This document shows positions 33,154 to 43,901 of a stretch of DNA of 64,000 nucleotides, in pieces. The notes beneath the pieces were generated by a model. It was given only the letters and a program-made list of their open reading frames with translations, searched no databases and was not told where the DNA came from. The position numbers and the translations under genes were made by a program. Position 1 is the stretch's first letter, and each line of letters begins with the position of its first letter. The stretch comes from an uncultured bacterium (GTDB lineage: Bacteria > Babelota > Babeliae > Babelales > Babelaceae), in NCBI GenBank assembly GCA_963824495.1, contig CAWGPQ010000006.1:1-64000 (forward strand), read 5' to 3'.

Positions 33154-34233
33154 TTAAATTTGTTCGTTATGAGGCTGCTGGAGCTCTCCTGATTCTTCTA
33201 CTTCTTCTATTAGATCGAGTGGCTCATGTTTCATCAAATGAATGTTAAGCCCTGTTAACTGACAAGCAAGTGCTATATTTTGACCCATTTTACCTATGGC
33301 AAATGATCGTTGATCTTCATCAAGCCAGACTTCTACGTTTTTGTTATCGATCATTTCAACACGATTAATCTTTGCGGGTTTTAAAGCATCTCTTACTAAT
33401 TCTTCAATTGAGCTGCTAAATCTAATAATATCAATTTTTTCACCACCTAATTCACCAAGAATTGGCTGGATTCGGGTACCTCCAATGCCAACGCAGGCTC
33501 CTACAGGATCAATGTTCTTACCGTGTGATACTACCAAAACTTTTGATTTATATCCAGCCATACGGACAACTTTATTGATTTCGACGATTTTCTCGTAAAT
33601 TTCCGGGATCTCAAGCTTAAAAAGCTTTGCCAAGAATTCGGGGGACACTCGATCAAGAATGAGTTGATTTTCGTTACGTGGTTCAGGTAAAACTTCTTTA
33701 AGCAGAGCTCGAATAGTATATCCTACCGTGCACTTATCACCAGGTATAGTAAGCGACTTTGGCAAAAATGCAAGGGTATCACCAATTTTTACGGTAACTC
33801 CCATACGTTCGCATTTGTGTATAACACCTTGAACAATTTCGCCTTCTTGAGGTTTAAATTCGTTGTAGATAGCTGCAGCTTCAATGCTACGGATCTTTTG
33901 GGCAATGATCTGTTTTGCTTTTAAGATCTCGATACGACCGATGGGCCCCTCAAAAGGAACCTCGATGCTATCGCCAAGCTGGACATCTTCTTTTATCGAG
34001 CGAGCCTTACGCAGGCTGACTTCTTTGTCTTCATCAGTTACGCTGCTTACTACACTTTTTACAGCGAAAGTCTCAATTTCATCGGTTTTTTTGTTGTAAT
34101 GCACTGCAAACGTTATAGTGGGATATCTTTTTTCATAAGCAGCAAGCATGCCTTCGCACATGATGGTGCTTAATACAGCACGATCCAGGCCTTTCTCTTC
34201 AACGAGTTCTTCTATGACATTCGACAGTTTCAC
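33154..34233 (-). CDS. nusA: Transcription termination/antitermination factor NusA
   Basis: GRIEILKAKQII.QKIR, LEIPEI, DPVGACVG..GTRI, GEKIDII, AIGKMGQN; probable GTG start at 34233. Confidence 0.95.
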   Translation of the reverse strand: MKLSNVIEELVEEKGLDRAVLSTIMCEGMLAAYEKRYPTITFAVHYNKKTDEIETFAVKSVVSSVTDEDKEVSLRKARSIKEDVQLGDSIEVPFEGPIGRIEILKAKQIIAQKIRSIEAAAIYNEFKPQEGEIVQGVIHKCERMGVTVKIGDTLAFLPKSLTIPGDKCTVGYTIRALLKEVLPEPRNENQLILDRVSPEFLAKLFKLEIPEIYEKIVEINKVVRMAGYKSKVLVVSHGKNIDPVGACVGIGGTRIQPILGELGGEKIDIIRFSSSIEELVRDALKPAKINRVEMIDNKNVEVWLDEDQRSFAIGKMGQNIALACQLTGLNIHLMKHEPLDLIEEVEESGELQQPHNEQI

Positions 34234-34369
34234 AACTTTTCCTAGCAAAATTAAGAATCATTTACACCAGCACGCTTAGATAGCATAACAAAAAAATGAG
34301 CAGATTGAAAGCCGGAGTATACACCTTTTGGGTAATCGTAAAAGTTGATAGTCCCAAAAAAGGTTTCAG

Positions 34370-34700
34370 TCTGTGTAAACACCTACTATTACTTTATTAT
34401 TAATACCGATAGGTATAGTAGTAGTAGGTGAGGCACTTTTTTGTGGATAACTGGTCTAAAACGCACTCAATATATCGATTCAGTCGACCTTTGTTCATTT
34501 GTGGATAACTGGTGGATAACTGGTGGATAATTTGTGGATAACTTTTTTGACGTGCTGTAATCTAGCGCTATCAGCTTATTCTCGACATGTTTAATCTTGA
34601 GAAAATCGATAGCATCGATCAATGCTAAAAAAAAGAGCTTGACGTTTTTTGAGTTTTCCACATCGTTTCCACCAGTTATCCACCAGTTATCCACATTTTG
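34370..34700. other. Probable chromosomal replication origin (oriC)
   Basis: Perfect DnaA boxes at 34442, 34500, 34533 (TGTGGATAA) and 34687 (TTATCCACA); near-perfect boxes at 34511, 34522, 34654, 34676; DnaA-trio-like tracts at 34383-34403 and 34416-34427; intergenic; mnmG ~4.6 kb away. Confidence 0.8.
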
Positions 34701-34758
34701 CACGTTTAAACTTTTTGTTTTTGTTTCAATGAGGGATTTTGTCTTTTTAAATACAAAC

Positions 34759-35334
34759 TTATATTTTTTTTAGGTGGTGAGTTATCGTCAAAAGATCGTG
34801 CTGAAAGTCTTTCTCAGCGGGTCGGTTACGTAGCACATAAGCAGGGTGATACGTGGGAATAAGCAGTATACCGTGATAATCAAGAGGCTTGCCTCGTACT
34901 TGAGTTATAGAAATGGGGCGTTCTAGTAATCCCTGAAGCGCTGATGAGCCTAGGGTGCATATAATCTTGGGTCGCACAATCTTAATTTCATCTAAAAGCA
35001 GCGGTTTATAGGCCTTTACTTCACTTGGTGTCGGTGTTCTATTCTCCGGAGGCCGACATTTAACAAGGTTAGTAATGAATACATCTTTCCTATCGAGATG
35101 AGCGTTCTTAAGAAGCTCAGTAAGAAGCTTGCCAGAGCGGCCAACAAAGGGTCTACCTTGTTCATCTTCATCTTTACCAGGGGCTTCTCCTATGAACATA
35201 ACCTCGGCATCAGCATTGCCTTCGCCTGTTACAAGCTGTGTGCACGCCAGAGTGTCGACTAGGCAATTCGGACAATGACGATAGGGTGCATAGAGCTCAT
35301 TGAGCAGCTTTTGCTTGAATTCTTTTTTATCCAT
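34759..35334 (-). CDS. Uracil-DNA glycosylase, family 4
   Basis: [35 protein letters not shown]. Confidence 0.93.
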   Translation of the reverse strand: MDKKEFKQKLLNELYAPYRHCPNCLVDTLACTQLVTGEGNADAEVMFIGEAPGKDEDEQGRPFVGRSGKLLTELLKNAHLDRKDVFITNLVKCRPPENRTPTPSEVKAYKPLLLDEIKIVRPKIICTLGSSALQGLLERPISITQVRGKPLDYHGILLIPTYHPAYVLRNRPAEKDFQHDLLTITHHLKKI

Positions 35335-35547
35335 TTTTACAATTTGAGTTAGGGTGTTGCTTTTGATAACTGTCATGGTGTTTAAGCTTACCATTACGCA
35401 ACTGAAAAATACAGCTTACATAAGATTATTTTTGTATGTGCTTGTTGCTCGGTGCTAAGAATTAGGTATAAGCGCAACAGTATATGCAACAAGATATGCG
35501 ATAAGAATTTGTTGCGATTATAGTATAACTGAAAAAATAAAACAAGC

Positions 35548-36687
35548 CTAGCGCTTAGTATGATTAAGCCATGCAAGTCCAAAAGTAAGAACAAAACTTA
35601 ACTGGAAGTCGAGAAAGAAAAGTTGAAGGGGGTTAGTCAGAAGTATGCAGCAACATGCCAGGCACAAAACATGTAATGGATGAATGGCGATGTTAAGCAA
35701 CATACAAGTCTTATAGAGAGCATAGGTAAGCAAAGCGCGGATAAATGACACACTTGACCATGATAAAAGTGAATATATTGCCGTAAGAGCTATGATAAGA
35801 AGTTGCTTTATACTAAAATGGCAGGGTATATAGCTCATAATTATTCCACATATAAGTGCAAAGATGACCACATGTAGTCCCGATCGTGCAAGATAATGTG
35901 TTATGCCCCACGCTTGAAAGTATTTTCTCATGCTACTCATATTATTAAGAGAGTCAGGCTTTTTACCCAAAAATAACGGGCAAAATAACGTGTACGTTTG
36001 AGCTGACATTTTGTTTTTTAAGCTTTCTGCTACATGCATGCGATGAAAGGAGAGCCATCTCTTGATTAACTCCCTCAATGATTGTCCTCGTTTAAGCACG
36101 CTATAGCGTGGATTTTTCATAAAAACTGTTGCGGCATAACCTTCCTTAAAAAGATACTTTTGATATGAGGCGTTGGTACTTGGCCTAAAAAATATGTCTT
36201 TTACTTCAAGAGTATCGCCTACGTTAGCGCTCAAGGGCATCGGCGTGTACAGTTTAATTAACTTCCCCTGAGCGTTTTGACTGTTATGCCCCTTTATAGT
36301 TAGTCGATTAATTTTAAGAGTATGGGCATATGGTTGTTGTCTGTTACTTGTTTTTTCAGCATCTTCAAGCGTAGCTTGTATATCTGCTTTACAGAGGTTT
36401 AGTTGCTGCGTGAGCTCTTTATAAGAGCTCACTTGCTGATAATAACGCAAAGCTCCTGCAAAAAAGAATAAGAGAGCCAAGCATGCAAGCCGATAAACCT
36501 GGGCAAATAGTTCACGACTACTTATTAAGCCACTGATTGCCAGAGCAACTGCTACACCAACTATGAGCGGTAGTATAAGCAGGCTGTTAAAAGCTTGCCA
36601 GAGTATTCCTGCTATAAGAGAGAGCGTAAAAATAAGAAAGGGTGGAATATGAAACGGAAGAATTATGTACACTTGAAACTTATGCAA
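35548..36687 (-). CDS. comEC: ComEC/Rec2 competence-domain membrane protein (short form)
   Basis: GITHYLARSGLHV, SFIRA, NPLQLFFLDFQLSF; no beta-lactamase domain. Confidence 0.8.
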   Translation of the reverse strand: MHKFQVYIILPFHIPPFLIFTLSLIAGILWQAFNSLLILPLIVGVAVALAISGLISSRELFAQVYRLACLALLFFFAGALRYYQQVSSYKELTQQLNLCKADIQATLEDAEKTSNRQQPYAHTLKINRLTIKGHNSQNAQGKLIKLYTPMPLSANVGDTLEVKDIFFRPSTNASYQKYLFKEGYAATVFMKNPRYSVLKRGQSLRELIKRWLSFHRMHVAESLKNKMSAQTYTLFCPLFLGKKPDSLNNMSSMRKYFQAWGITHYLARSGLHVVIFALICGIIMSYIPCHFSIKQLLIIALTAIYSLLSWSSVSFIRALLTYALYKTCMLLNIAIHPLHVLCLACCCILLTNPLQLFFLDFQLSFVLTFGLAWLNHTKR

Positions 36688-36777
36688 AATAAGAAATATA
36701 AGAAATTTTATAGCATAATTACTAGCATAATTAAATATATAAATGTGTCAAAGATTGCTCTATTTGATATAGCAGAA

Positions 36778-37542
36778 TTATTGCCAGATTTTTACCTCAT
36801 CTACATGCATATAAGGTGGTGGATTAACTGTTGTCTCCGCTCCTTTTTGAGCATTGACTGTTATGTAGCCTTTCCGTCCGCACATGTTTGCCAACCAATC
36901 AGGTTTTTGAATGGTGCAACTCATATAGTCATAGGTAACCGGATCTAGTAATTCGATGAGAAAATTACCGTTCTCCAGGACTTTGATATTCCAATAACGA
37001 TATATAGCTGGGTTCTTTAAGGCCTCTTCTACTTTGAAACAGTCACCCATAGCTTTGCAGGTACTTTCGCTATTAGGATCACCTGGCCATTGGCACCATT
37101 TTTGTGTTGGTTGGTTACAGTCACCACACAAATAAAAAAATCCTGTATAACTGTTCTCCGGAAATACCCAACCATATTCTCCACCGCCATTATAACATCG
37201 TTTTTCATGGAAAAATAGCGCAAATTCATTCTCACGTTTGCCAAGAACATTCTTATAAACCAATCCCTTGAAGGAGATACCCTTTACGTTGTAAAGCTTA
37301 TCACTTATCCAACGCTTACTCGTCATTCTATATTCACCTGAACAATCTGGTTCAGGAAACCAAGATTTACCCTCGGTGGGAAAGCGTGTCGAATAAACAT
37401 GTGTACTCAAGTTGCCACAAGGTGGATTTTTGCAGGGATAGATATACGTGTGAGGCAATGATATCTGATTCCAACTACCATTAGCACATGCTATTCCCGT
37501 TACAATAAAGGTCAAAATATAGCAGAAATAAGTTAATCTCAT
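36778..37542 (-). CDS. Secreted cysteine-rich hypothetical protein
   Basis: Signal peptide, GAGG RBS, many Cys; no recognised family. Confidence 0.6.
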   Translation of the reverse strand: MRLTYFCYILTFIVTGIACANGSWNQISLPHTYIYPCKNPPCGNLSTHVYSTRFPTEGKSWFPEPDCSGEYRMTSKRWISDKLYNVKGISFKGLVYKNVLGKRENEFALFFHEKRCYNGGGEYGWVFPENSYTGFFYLCGDCNQPTQKWCQWPGDPNSESTCKAMGDCFKVEEALKNPAIYRYWNIKVLENGNFLIELLDPVTYDYMSCTIQKPDWLANMCGRKGYITVNAQKGAETTVNPPPYMHVDEVKIWQ

Positions 37543-37836
37543 ACATCGCCTCGTTAATTCAAACTAATTTAACAACTCAATTTAATTATATTATGCAATT
37601 ATTATAATCATATAAATAATTAATTACATTTGTCAATAGTTGATATGGCGATTCAGGTCAATCGCACGAACTAAGCCAACTTCGCCGAGGGCTACGACGG
37701 TCAAGGGCAGCAATAACAGAAAGAAAGCAGTCAACCGTTAGGCCATATGAGCACACAGGTGCAAAACGTGCTGGAAACGTTTAGTGGGATTAAACTTCGT
37801 GATGTCTGTCCCTAATTTCTTGAGGGTAATTTTGCC

Positions 37837-38652
37837 CTAATCCAAATATATAGAATAATATTTATTTAATAATTGTTTCAGTATATACAGTTCATTTTGA
37901 TACTCATGCTCTGGTCTACGTAGATCGTATAGAGCCTTAGCTCGAAAATGATAGGCATGTGCCGGTATCGCATCTTTTTTACTTTCGTACTCTTCACGTG
38001 TAAAAAAATCCACACGCTCTGCATTAATAATAGGTATATTTCTTTTCTGGAAAAATAAACCAATCAGAACATCATCAGGTAAATCAGAACTATATAGAAA
38101 GATATCTTCTTTTTCTTTTACCATCATTTCAACTAAATCAGGTGATACTATAATCCCCGCCCCTGAACCAAAATAAATCCTGCCAAACTTTGGACACGCG
38201 CTCTCGGGGATATACATAGAAATCGCACAGTAGCATTTTTGTTTTGGGAGCTTATTAAGAAATTTTAACAAGTTAGGGAAGTAATAAAATGAGGACAAAT
38301 TTGTTCGAATGACATAATCGAATTCTTTCAGCCTCGGCTGTATTGCTTCCATAGATAAAACTGTCTTATTGGCGATTCCGGGGCTATAATTTTCTGCTGC
38401 TTTAATAGTAATGGTATCGTTGCTGATCTCGTAATCTTTGGATAAATTTGGATCCCCTCTAATAAAATAAACTTCAAAGTGTTCCGGATCTCTATGCATG
38501 TAGGATTTCCATACCCTTTGGAGTTCGAGATAGGCTGGCACACCATCTGAAGCTATTATTAACACAAGTGTTTTCTTGGGTGGGACTTCATTTGCACCTA
38601 TACTATCTTGAAAGCACATTAATGTTAGCGAGAGCAGCAAAAATTTTTTCAT
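37837..38652 (-). CDS. Secreted putative glycosyltransferase-like protein (GT31/Fringe-like features)
   Basis: Signal peptide; KT....E, FDYVIRTNLSSF, FGSGAGIIVS.D, PDDVLIG pattern. Confidence 0.5.
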   Translation of the reverse strand: MKKFLLLSLTLMCFQDSIGANEVPPKKTLVLIIASDGVPAYLELQRVWKSYMHRDPEHFEVYFIRGDPNLSKDYEISNDTITIKAAENYSPGIANKTVLSMEAIQPRLKEFDYVIRTNLSSFYYFPNLLKFLNKLPKQKCYCAISMYIPESACPKFGRIYFGSGAGIIVSPDLVEMMVKEKEDIFLYSSDLPDDVLIGLFFQKRNIPIINAERVDFFTREEYESKKDAIPAHAYHFRAKALYDLRRPEHEYQNELYILKQLLNKYYSIYLD

Positions 38653-38799
38653 CTTTAAATTTCTTTAACCACGTTTACGCTTTCTCCTGCCCTTACTCAA
38701 GTAATGGGTTTGTGAAAGCACAATAATCTATTAAAGCTCAAGCATGTTCGCTTGTATGGTAGTCTGTTTATTCCGTGGTTATATTACCAAGAATGCGTG

Positions 38800-39251
38800 C
38801 TAAAGCAAGAGAATTTGTAAGGGTAGACGAAAATAGTTTATTAAGCTAAGCGGAAAACCCCATTGGCTTATCCGAGTCTGGGGATGAATGCTTATACCTG
38901 CGTGAGGTGTGACGGTTAGTAAAATTGGAGCCTAGTCAAGAGCAGTTTACTCTCTCTGCTGGCAATGACATGGGTCACCCTGTGCAGCAAGAACCCATGG
39001 CCTTTGGGCCATGTGAGCGTCAATACAGCGATAGTTAATGGGGCTACGCCAGCTTCGTTCATAACATTAACGTTTGCACCTTGATTAAGTAAGCTCTCAG
39101 CCTCTAATGTGTCATCATTTTCGACAGCTTCAAGTAGAGCGTAACCAGGTGATTGTCGCTTGCTTGGTTGCAGTTGCTCAATACTATATGTGTTACAAGA
39201 TAGGCAGGTGACAAATAAGCTAAAAGTAGCGAAGCTTTTGCAAGATATCAT
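38800..39251 (-). pseudogene. Secreted ankyrin-repeat protein interrupted by the mini-element
   Basis: ALLEAVENDDTLEAESLLNQGANVNVMNEAGVAPLTIAV; ankyrin pattern stops exactly at the element's TCAA end. Confidence 0.7.
38842..39023 (+). mobile_element. Non-autonomous IS200/IS605-family mini-element (left-end hairpin, omegaRNA-like remnant, right-end hairpin ending TCAA)
   Basis: LE AAAACCCCATTGGCTTATCCGAGTCTGGGGATGAA; RE GAACCCATGGCCTTTGGGCCATGTGAGCGTCAA; preceded by TTTAT; no target duplication; no ORF. Confidence 0.7.
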
Positions 39252-39283
39252 GAGTTAATTCCCCCAAGGGAGGTGAATTTAGT

Positions 39284-41143
39284 CTAACTATCTATAACGT
39301 CATTAAGGCCGCACGTGACTGCTTCTTTCTCATTAAGATATTCACGCACTTTGAATATCAATAACGAGAGTGCTGCAGGTGTCATGCCTTGAATAAGCGA
39401 TGCTTGCGCAATAGTAGTTGGTCGGTACTTCATGAGTTTTTGCTGTAACTCAATTGATAACCCTGGCATTCCAGTATAATCAAAGTCTATCGGTATTACC
39501 AACGATTGATAATGCTGCAATTTTTCGACTTCACGTTCTTCTCGCTTAAGGTATGGTCCATAGAGAAGTTCTGCATGAATCGATGCAAGAGCTCGCTCTG
39601 ATAATCTTGTAGTGCTTGCGTTAATAATCTTGTGTTTGACGGTACCGATATCACCCTGTGAGAGCAGGCGCATGAGCTCAACGCCCTCTTTGCCACTTTT
39701 AAGTTTTGCTGCAAGTTCCTCTATAAGCTTTTTTTCTTGTTGTATATCGTTATAGCATTGCTCGTTTATAAGACCTAACGTGTAAGCACGTTCGCCAAGT
39801 CTGCTAAATACGTTATCTTGACGCAGAAGCAGACGTCGTTCTGCTCGTGATGTAAACATACGGTATGGCTCATCGACACCGAGGCTGACCAGATCGTCTA
39901 TCATAATACCAATATACCCTTGGGTTCGATCTATAATAAAAGGTTCTTTGCCTGTGTGCTTAAGATGGGCATTAATACCAGCTATAATACCCTGGCCGGC
40001 AGCTTCTTCGTAACCGGTTGTACCATTAATCTGTCCAGCAAGAAATAAACCTGAAATGGCTTTGAGCTCAAGGGTAGGGTGTAACTGGTTTGGTGCTATA
40101 AAATCATACTCCACGGCGTAGCCAGGTCTGACGATTTGTGCACTCTCAAAGCCGGGAATTGTCTGTATAAATTCACGCTGTGCTTCAAGTGGTAGTGATG
40201 TTGAGAGCCCGTTTGGATAGATCTCTTCACTACTTGCGCTTTCAGGTTCAACAAAAACGTGATGGCTCGTTTTATCAGGAAAGCGTGAAATCTTATCTTC
40301 GATTGATGGGCAATAGCGTGGTGGCGTGCCCTTGATGTGCCCCGTAAATATAGGCGATAGATTAAAGTTTTTTTTGATAACATCATGAGTTTCTTGCGTC
40401 GTATGTGTTATATAGCAGGCCATCTTGTGCTCTACTTTATGGGGATAGAACTCAAAAAGATACTCAAGCTCATCTGAACCTTGCTCTTCCATTTTTGAAA
40501 AATCGAGACTTGATCGTAATAAGCGGGGTGGTGTGCCTGTTTTAAGGCGTCCCATGCTCAAGCCAAGGCTTTTGAGGAACCCGGAAAGGCTCGAAACTGC
40601 TTCTTCGCCCTGTCGGCCTGCAGCGTAATTGGTTTGTCCTACATGAATAAGACCGTTAAGAAATGTACCTGTTGTTAAAATAACGGTTGAAGCATTATAA
40701 CGTGCTCCTTCACGTGTCCGAACTCCACGAACTCTCTTGTGCTCATCAAGAATAACCTCATCAACCATGCCCATGCTGAGCGTCAAGTTGGGAGTTTTTT
40801 CTAATACTTGTTTGCTGATTTTATTATAGGCGTGCTTGTCTATCTGAAGTCGGAGTCCTTGAACTGCTGGTCCCTTACGCGTATTAAGCATACGTGCTTG
40901 TAAATAGGTTTTAGTACAGAGTTGAGGCATAAGCCCCCCCAGTGTGCTAATCTCAAAGACGATATGACCTTTGCCTATTCCGCCTACGGCCGGGTTACAG
41001 GGCATATGACCTATACGATCAACATTCAGGGTAATCATAAGTGTTCGTGAGCCCATGCGTGCGGCAGCGTAGGCTGCTTCTATTCCTGCATGTCCACCAC
41101 CGACAACAATAACATCAAAATCTTGCCAAACGTGAGAACTCAT
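39284..41143 (-). CDS. mnmG: tRNA uridine-5-carboxymethylaminomethyl modification enzyme MnmG/GidA
   Basis: [65 protein letters not shown]. Confidence 0.97.
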   Translation of the reverse strand: MSSHVWQDFDVIVVGGGHAGIEAAYAAARMGSRTLMITLNVDRIGHMPCNPAVGGIGKGHIVFEISTLGGLMPQLCTKTYLQARMLNTRKGPAVQGLRLQIDKHAYNKISKQVLEKTPNLTLSMGMVDEVILDEHKRVRGVRTREGARYNASTVILTTGTFLNGLIHVGQTNYAAGRQGEEAVSSLSGFLKSLGLSMGRLKTGTPPRLLRSSLDFSKMEEQGSDELEYLFEFYPHKVEHKMACYITHTTQETHDVIKKNFNLSPIFTGHIKGTPPRYCPSIEDKISRFPDKTSHHVFVEPESASSEEIYPNGLSTSLPLEAQREFIQTIPGFESAQIVRPGYAVEYDFIAPNQLHPTLELKAISGLFLAGQINGTTGYEEAAGQGIIAGINAHLKHTGKEPFIIDRTQGYIGIMIDDLVSLGVDEPYRMFTSRAERRLLLRQDNVFSRLGERAYTLGLINEQCYNDIQQEKKLIEELAAKLKSGKEGVELMRLLSQGDIGTVKHKIINASTTRLSERALASIHAELLYGPYLKREEREVEKLQHYQSLVIPIDFDYTGMPGLSIELQQKLMKYRPTTIAQASLIQGMTPAALSLLIFKVREYLNEKEAVTCGLNDVIDS

Positions 41144-41387
41144 AGCTATTAATAAAAAACCTGAAAATGAGTGATAAAGCAAAGCGTAACTACATTACAG
41201 TTTATTCAAAAAGATAATAAAAATCAATGGCGAATGGCGATATGAGCACAAGCCTTCAAAAGATCCTATGATCCCTAGCGGAATATAGTACGGCTTATGT
41301 ATACTTCTTTTTATCAATCACAAGCGAATTCAAGATTACGACTTGAGCAGCTCTGATTGAGTTTCGTGTTATGAGGAAGGGAAGTGC

Positions 41388-43246
41388 ATGACAAGTTATA
41401 CGAAGCTCGTATTATTAGGCATCGCAACCTATTTTTGTAGTATGGGCGGAATGGATAGTCCTAACACCGCGCGTACCCGAAAGCAGTTTGAAGACATGTT
41501 CGCAAATGACCAGGAACTTGAGGATTCGTCAAAGCCTAGCGCTCCAGTGTTCATTGAAACAGCTAATGATGAAGTGATTAAGGTGCCGAAAGAAGTTCTT
41601 CCCCTCTCGCAAACCTTATTGAAAGCACAAGAAGCATGGGGGCAGATTAGACAGGATCTATTTACTGGAGGCGTAATCAAGATAAAGAATATATCAAAAA
41701 ACATCTTAATCATCTCTTTGAACTTGCTCTAAATCTTCGAAACAAAACGGTGATTCAAGCGTACCAAGAGCTTAGGGAAATTCTTCCTGGAGACGCGTAC
41801 GAGCCTTCACATATTGAGGTCATTGAAGGCTTACTCTATGCTGCTCAAAAGCTTAGCTTGCAATCACTTGCCATAAACATAGCAATTATTGAAAAATACA
41901 GTATCTTAAATTCTCAATTTAAATATCGGCTTACTGAACCCATTACTGAACCTCATAATGATGATGAAATTAATACAGCGTTTATTCGAGAGACTATCAA
42001 GAATTTTAAACAGGTAACGGGACAGTCAGCTCAGCTCAATATAGGTCCCATTGATCAACAGCTTTGTGAAGGCAAACGCTTTGACGTTAAGCGTGATGGT
42101 GATAATGGTAAAAGTAAACTTGATTTAGCTAGATCAAATTATACGAGCTTACTAGGTATTCACAATGTTCCTGATATAGAACAAGTACAAAGTTTAGATG
42201 TATCCAATAATGCTCTGCCTAGTCTTACGCCTTATATTGAGAAACTTGGTCAGCTTGAGGAGCTTATTGCTTCCGATAACAACCTTCGGGAAGTGTGCCG
42301 TCAGATCGGTGCGTTGGTTACTCTAAAAAAGCTTGATCTTGCGCGCAATCAATTGGAGAAACTTCCTGAAGAGATCGGAAATTTAACCGAGCTAGAAGTA
42401 CTTAATGCTTCGGGAAATAAACTCAAGAATGTATTCTCATTGATAAAAAACTTAACTAAATTACGTGAACTTAATCTTACAACAAATAGGATTGAAACGA
42501 TTCCCCCAGAAATTGGCAGCTTGACAAATCTTCAAAGGCTTTTCATGTCAAACAATACAGTTAGTGGTGTTGCGGCCGAAGTAGCAGCATTATTTCAGCT
42601 TGAGTCACTCGATCTATTGGGTAATCGTATTAGTGCACTTTGTCCAGAAATTGGCAGCTTAACTAACTTACAAGAGCTTGATATAGCTGGCAATAAGCTT
42701 ACAGAGCTTTGTCCACAAATAGGTAACCTAGTTAATCTTGTTACGCTGCATGCTCAAGCTAACAAACTCAATATAATCTGTCCTGACATTAGAGGTCTTG
42801 TGAACCTTCAACACCTTAACATTTCGGGAAATAAGCTCAAAGAGCTTTGCCGGGAAATTAGTAATTTAGTCAATCTCAAATCGCTTGATATTTCAGGAAA
42901 TAAACTGGTAGGGTTGCCAGATAGTATACGTGGCTTAACAAGTCTCATTGAGCTTGACGCAAAAGATAATAGAATTATGAGCGTTTCTGCAGAAATTGGA
43001 AATCTTGTAAATCTTCAGAAAATTAATCTGGCGAGCAATAGCTTAGGCAGTATACCCATGGAATTTACTAGGCTGGAGCACCTTCAGCTGATAGACCTTT
43101 CGCATAACAGGCAGCTGAATACATTCCCCTTTCAGCTTCACAGTTTGCCTAATTTAAGAAGTGTTGTCTTGTTCAACAACAAAATAGTAAAGCCATTGCT
43201 AACTCCTCAACAAGAGCAAGAAAGAAAATATACTATTTATACGTGA
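41388..43246 (+). CDS. Secreted Skp1/BTB-like plus leucine-rich-repeat protein, split by a frameshift at the A-run 41696-41701
   Basis: Signal peptide; VFIETANDEVIKVPKEVLPLSQTL...IKIKNISK/KHLNHLFEL; then about 14-15 23-aa LRRs (LxxLxLxxNxLxxLPxEIGxL). Confidence 0.75.
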
Positions 43247-43255
43247 TAAGTTGCG

Positions 43256-43822
43256 TTATCTCTCAACGAGGGCTTTGGTGCGGCGGTAGAGCTGAAAATA
43301 GCTTGTATTATTATAAAGATCTTTAATATCTTCAGGCAAACAATCAAAGTGTTTCCCCAGGGCCCTGCCAATAGTAAAGATATCTTTACTATCTTTAATC
43401 TCATGAATAGTTATACAAAAATTCCGATATTTTTCGTTATCTTTAAAGCACTCTAACATCTCTTCAGCATAACTCTTGAAATTTCGGGCAGGTGTTTCGA
43501 TGGTAAAGAGCTCTCGCATAAGATCGAGTCCTCTTTTTTCTTTATCGTAATTGTCTTTTGGTGCAGCTTGGTTGCTCTGGCTTATTTGAAAGGTATCCGT
43601 TGTAGGTATGTCTGTTAGAGGGATAACAGCTGCAAGAATAGGCTGAGTGGTAGCCTGAAGGGAGCATGTAAGGGAAGGCCCGTGCTGAACCACGTCAGGC
43701 TTTTGGAGACCTGACGTGGTTTGATGGTTGTACCAATAGGTTTGTGCTAAGCAGTAACCAAAAAAGCCTATCAAGCTTCCTATAATTATATATAAGCTTC
43801 TCCGTGTTATAAGCAATTTCAT
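43256..43822 (-). CDS. Hypothetical membrane-anchored or secreted protein
   Basis: N-terminal hydrophobic helix; C-terminal half similar to the neighbouring gene. Confidence 0.6.
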   Translation of the reverse strand: MKLLITRRSLYIIIGSLIGFFGYCLAQTYWYNHQTTSGLQKPDVVQHGPSLTCSLQATTQPILAAVIPLTDIPTTDTFQISQSNQAAPKDNYDKEKRGLDLMRELFTIETPARNFKSYAEEMLECFKDNEKYRNFCITIHEIKDSKDIFTIGRALGKHFDCLPEDIKDLYNNTSYFQLYRRTKALVER

Positions 43823-43901
43823 GGCTACCCAAGCACTACCTTTTGTTAGCAATTACGCTACGTTTTACGTATATATTATACACCAAATAAGGGGTATAAC
43901 G

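Noticed and set aside
34500..34541. Possible CRISPR or iteron array
   Set aside because: 11-bp period with no unique spacers and no cas or rep gene; units match the DnaA box
34467..34703. 78-aa ORF across the DnaA-box arrays
   Set aside because: The translation (VDNWWIT, LSTNYPPVIHQLST) is simply the box repeats; better explained as non-coding
37676..37710. REP-like motif CTTCGCCGAGGGCTACGACGGTCAAG
   Set aside because: Single degenerate copy in the window; cannot be supported as a repeat family
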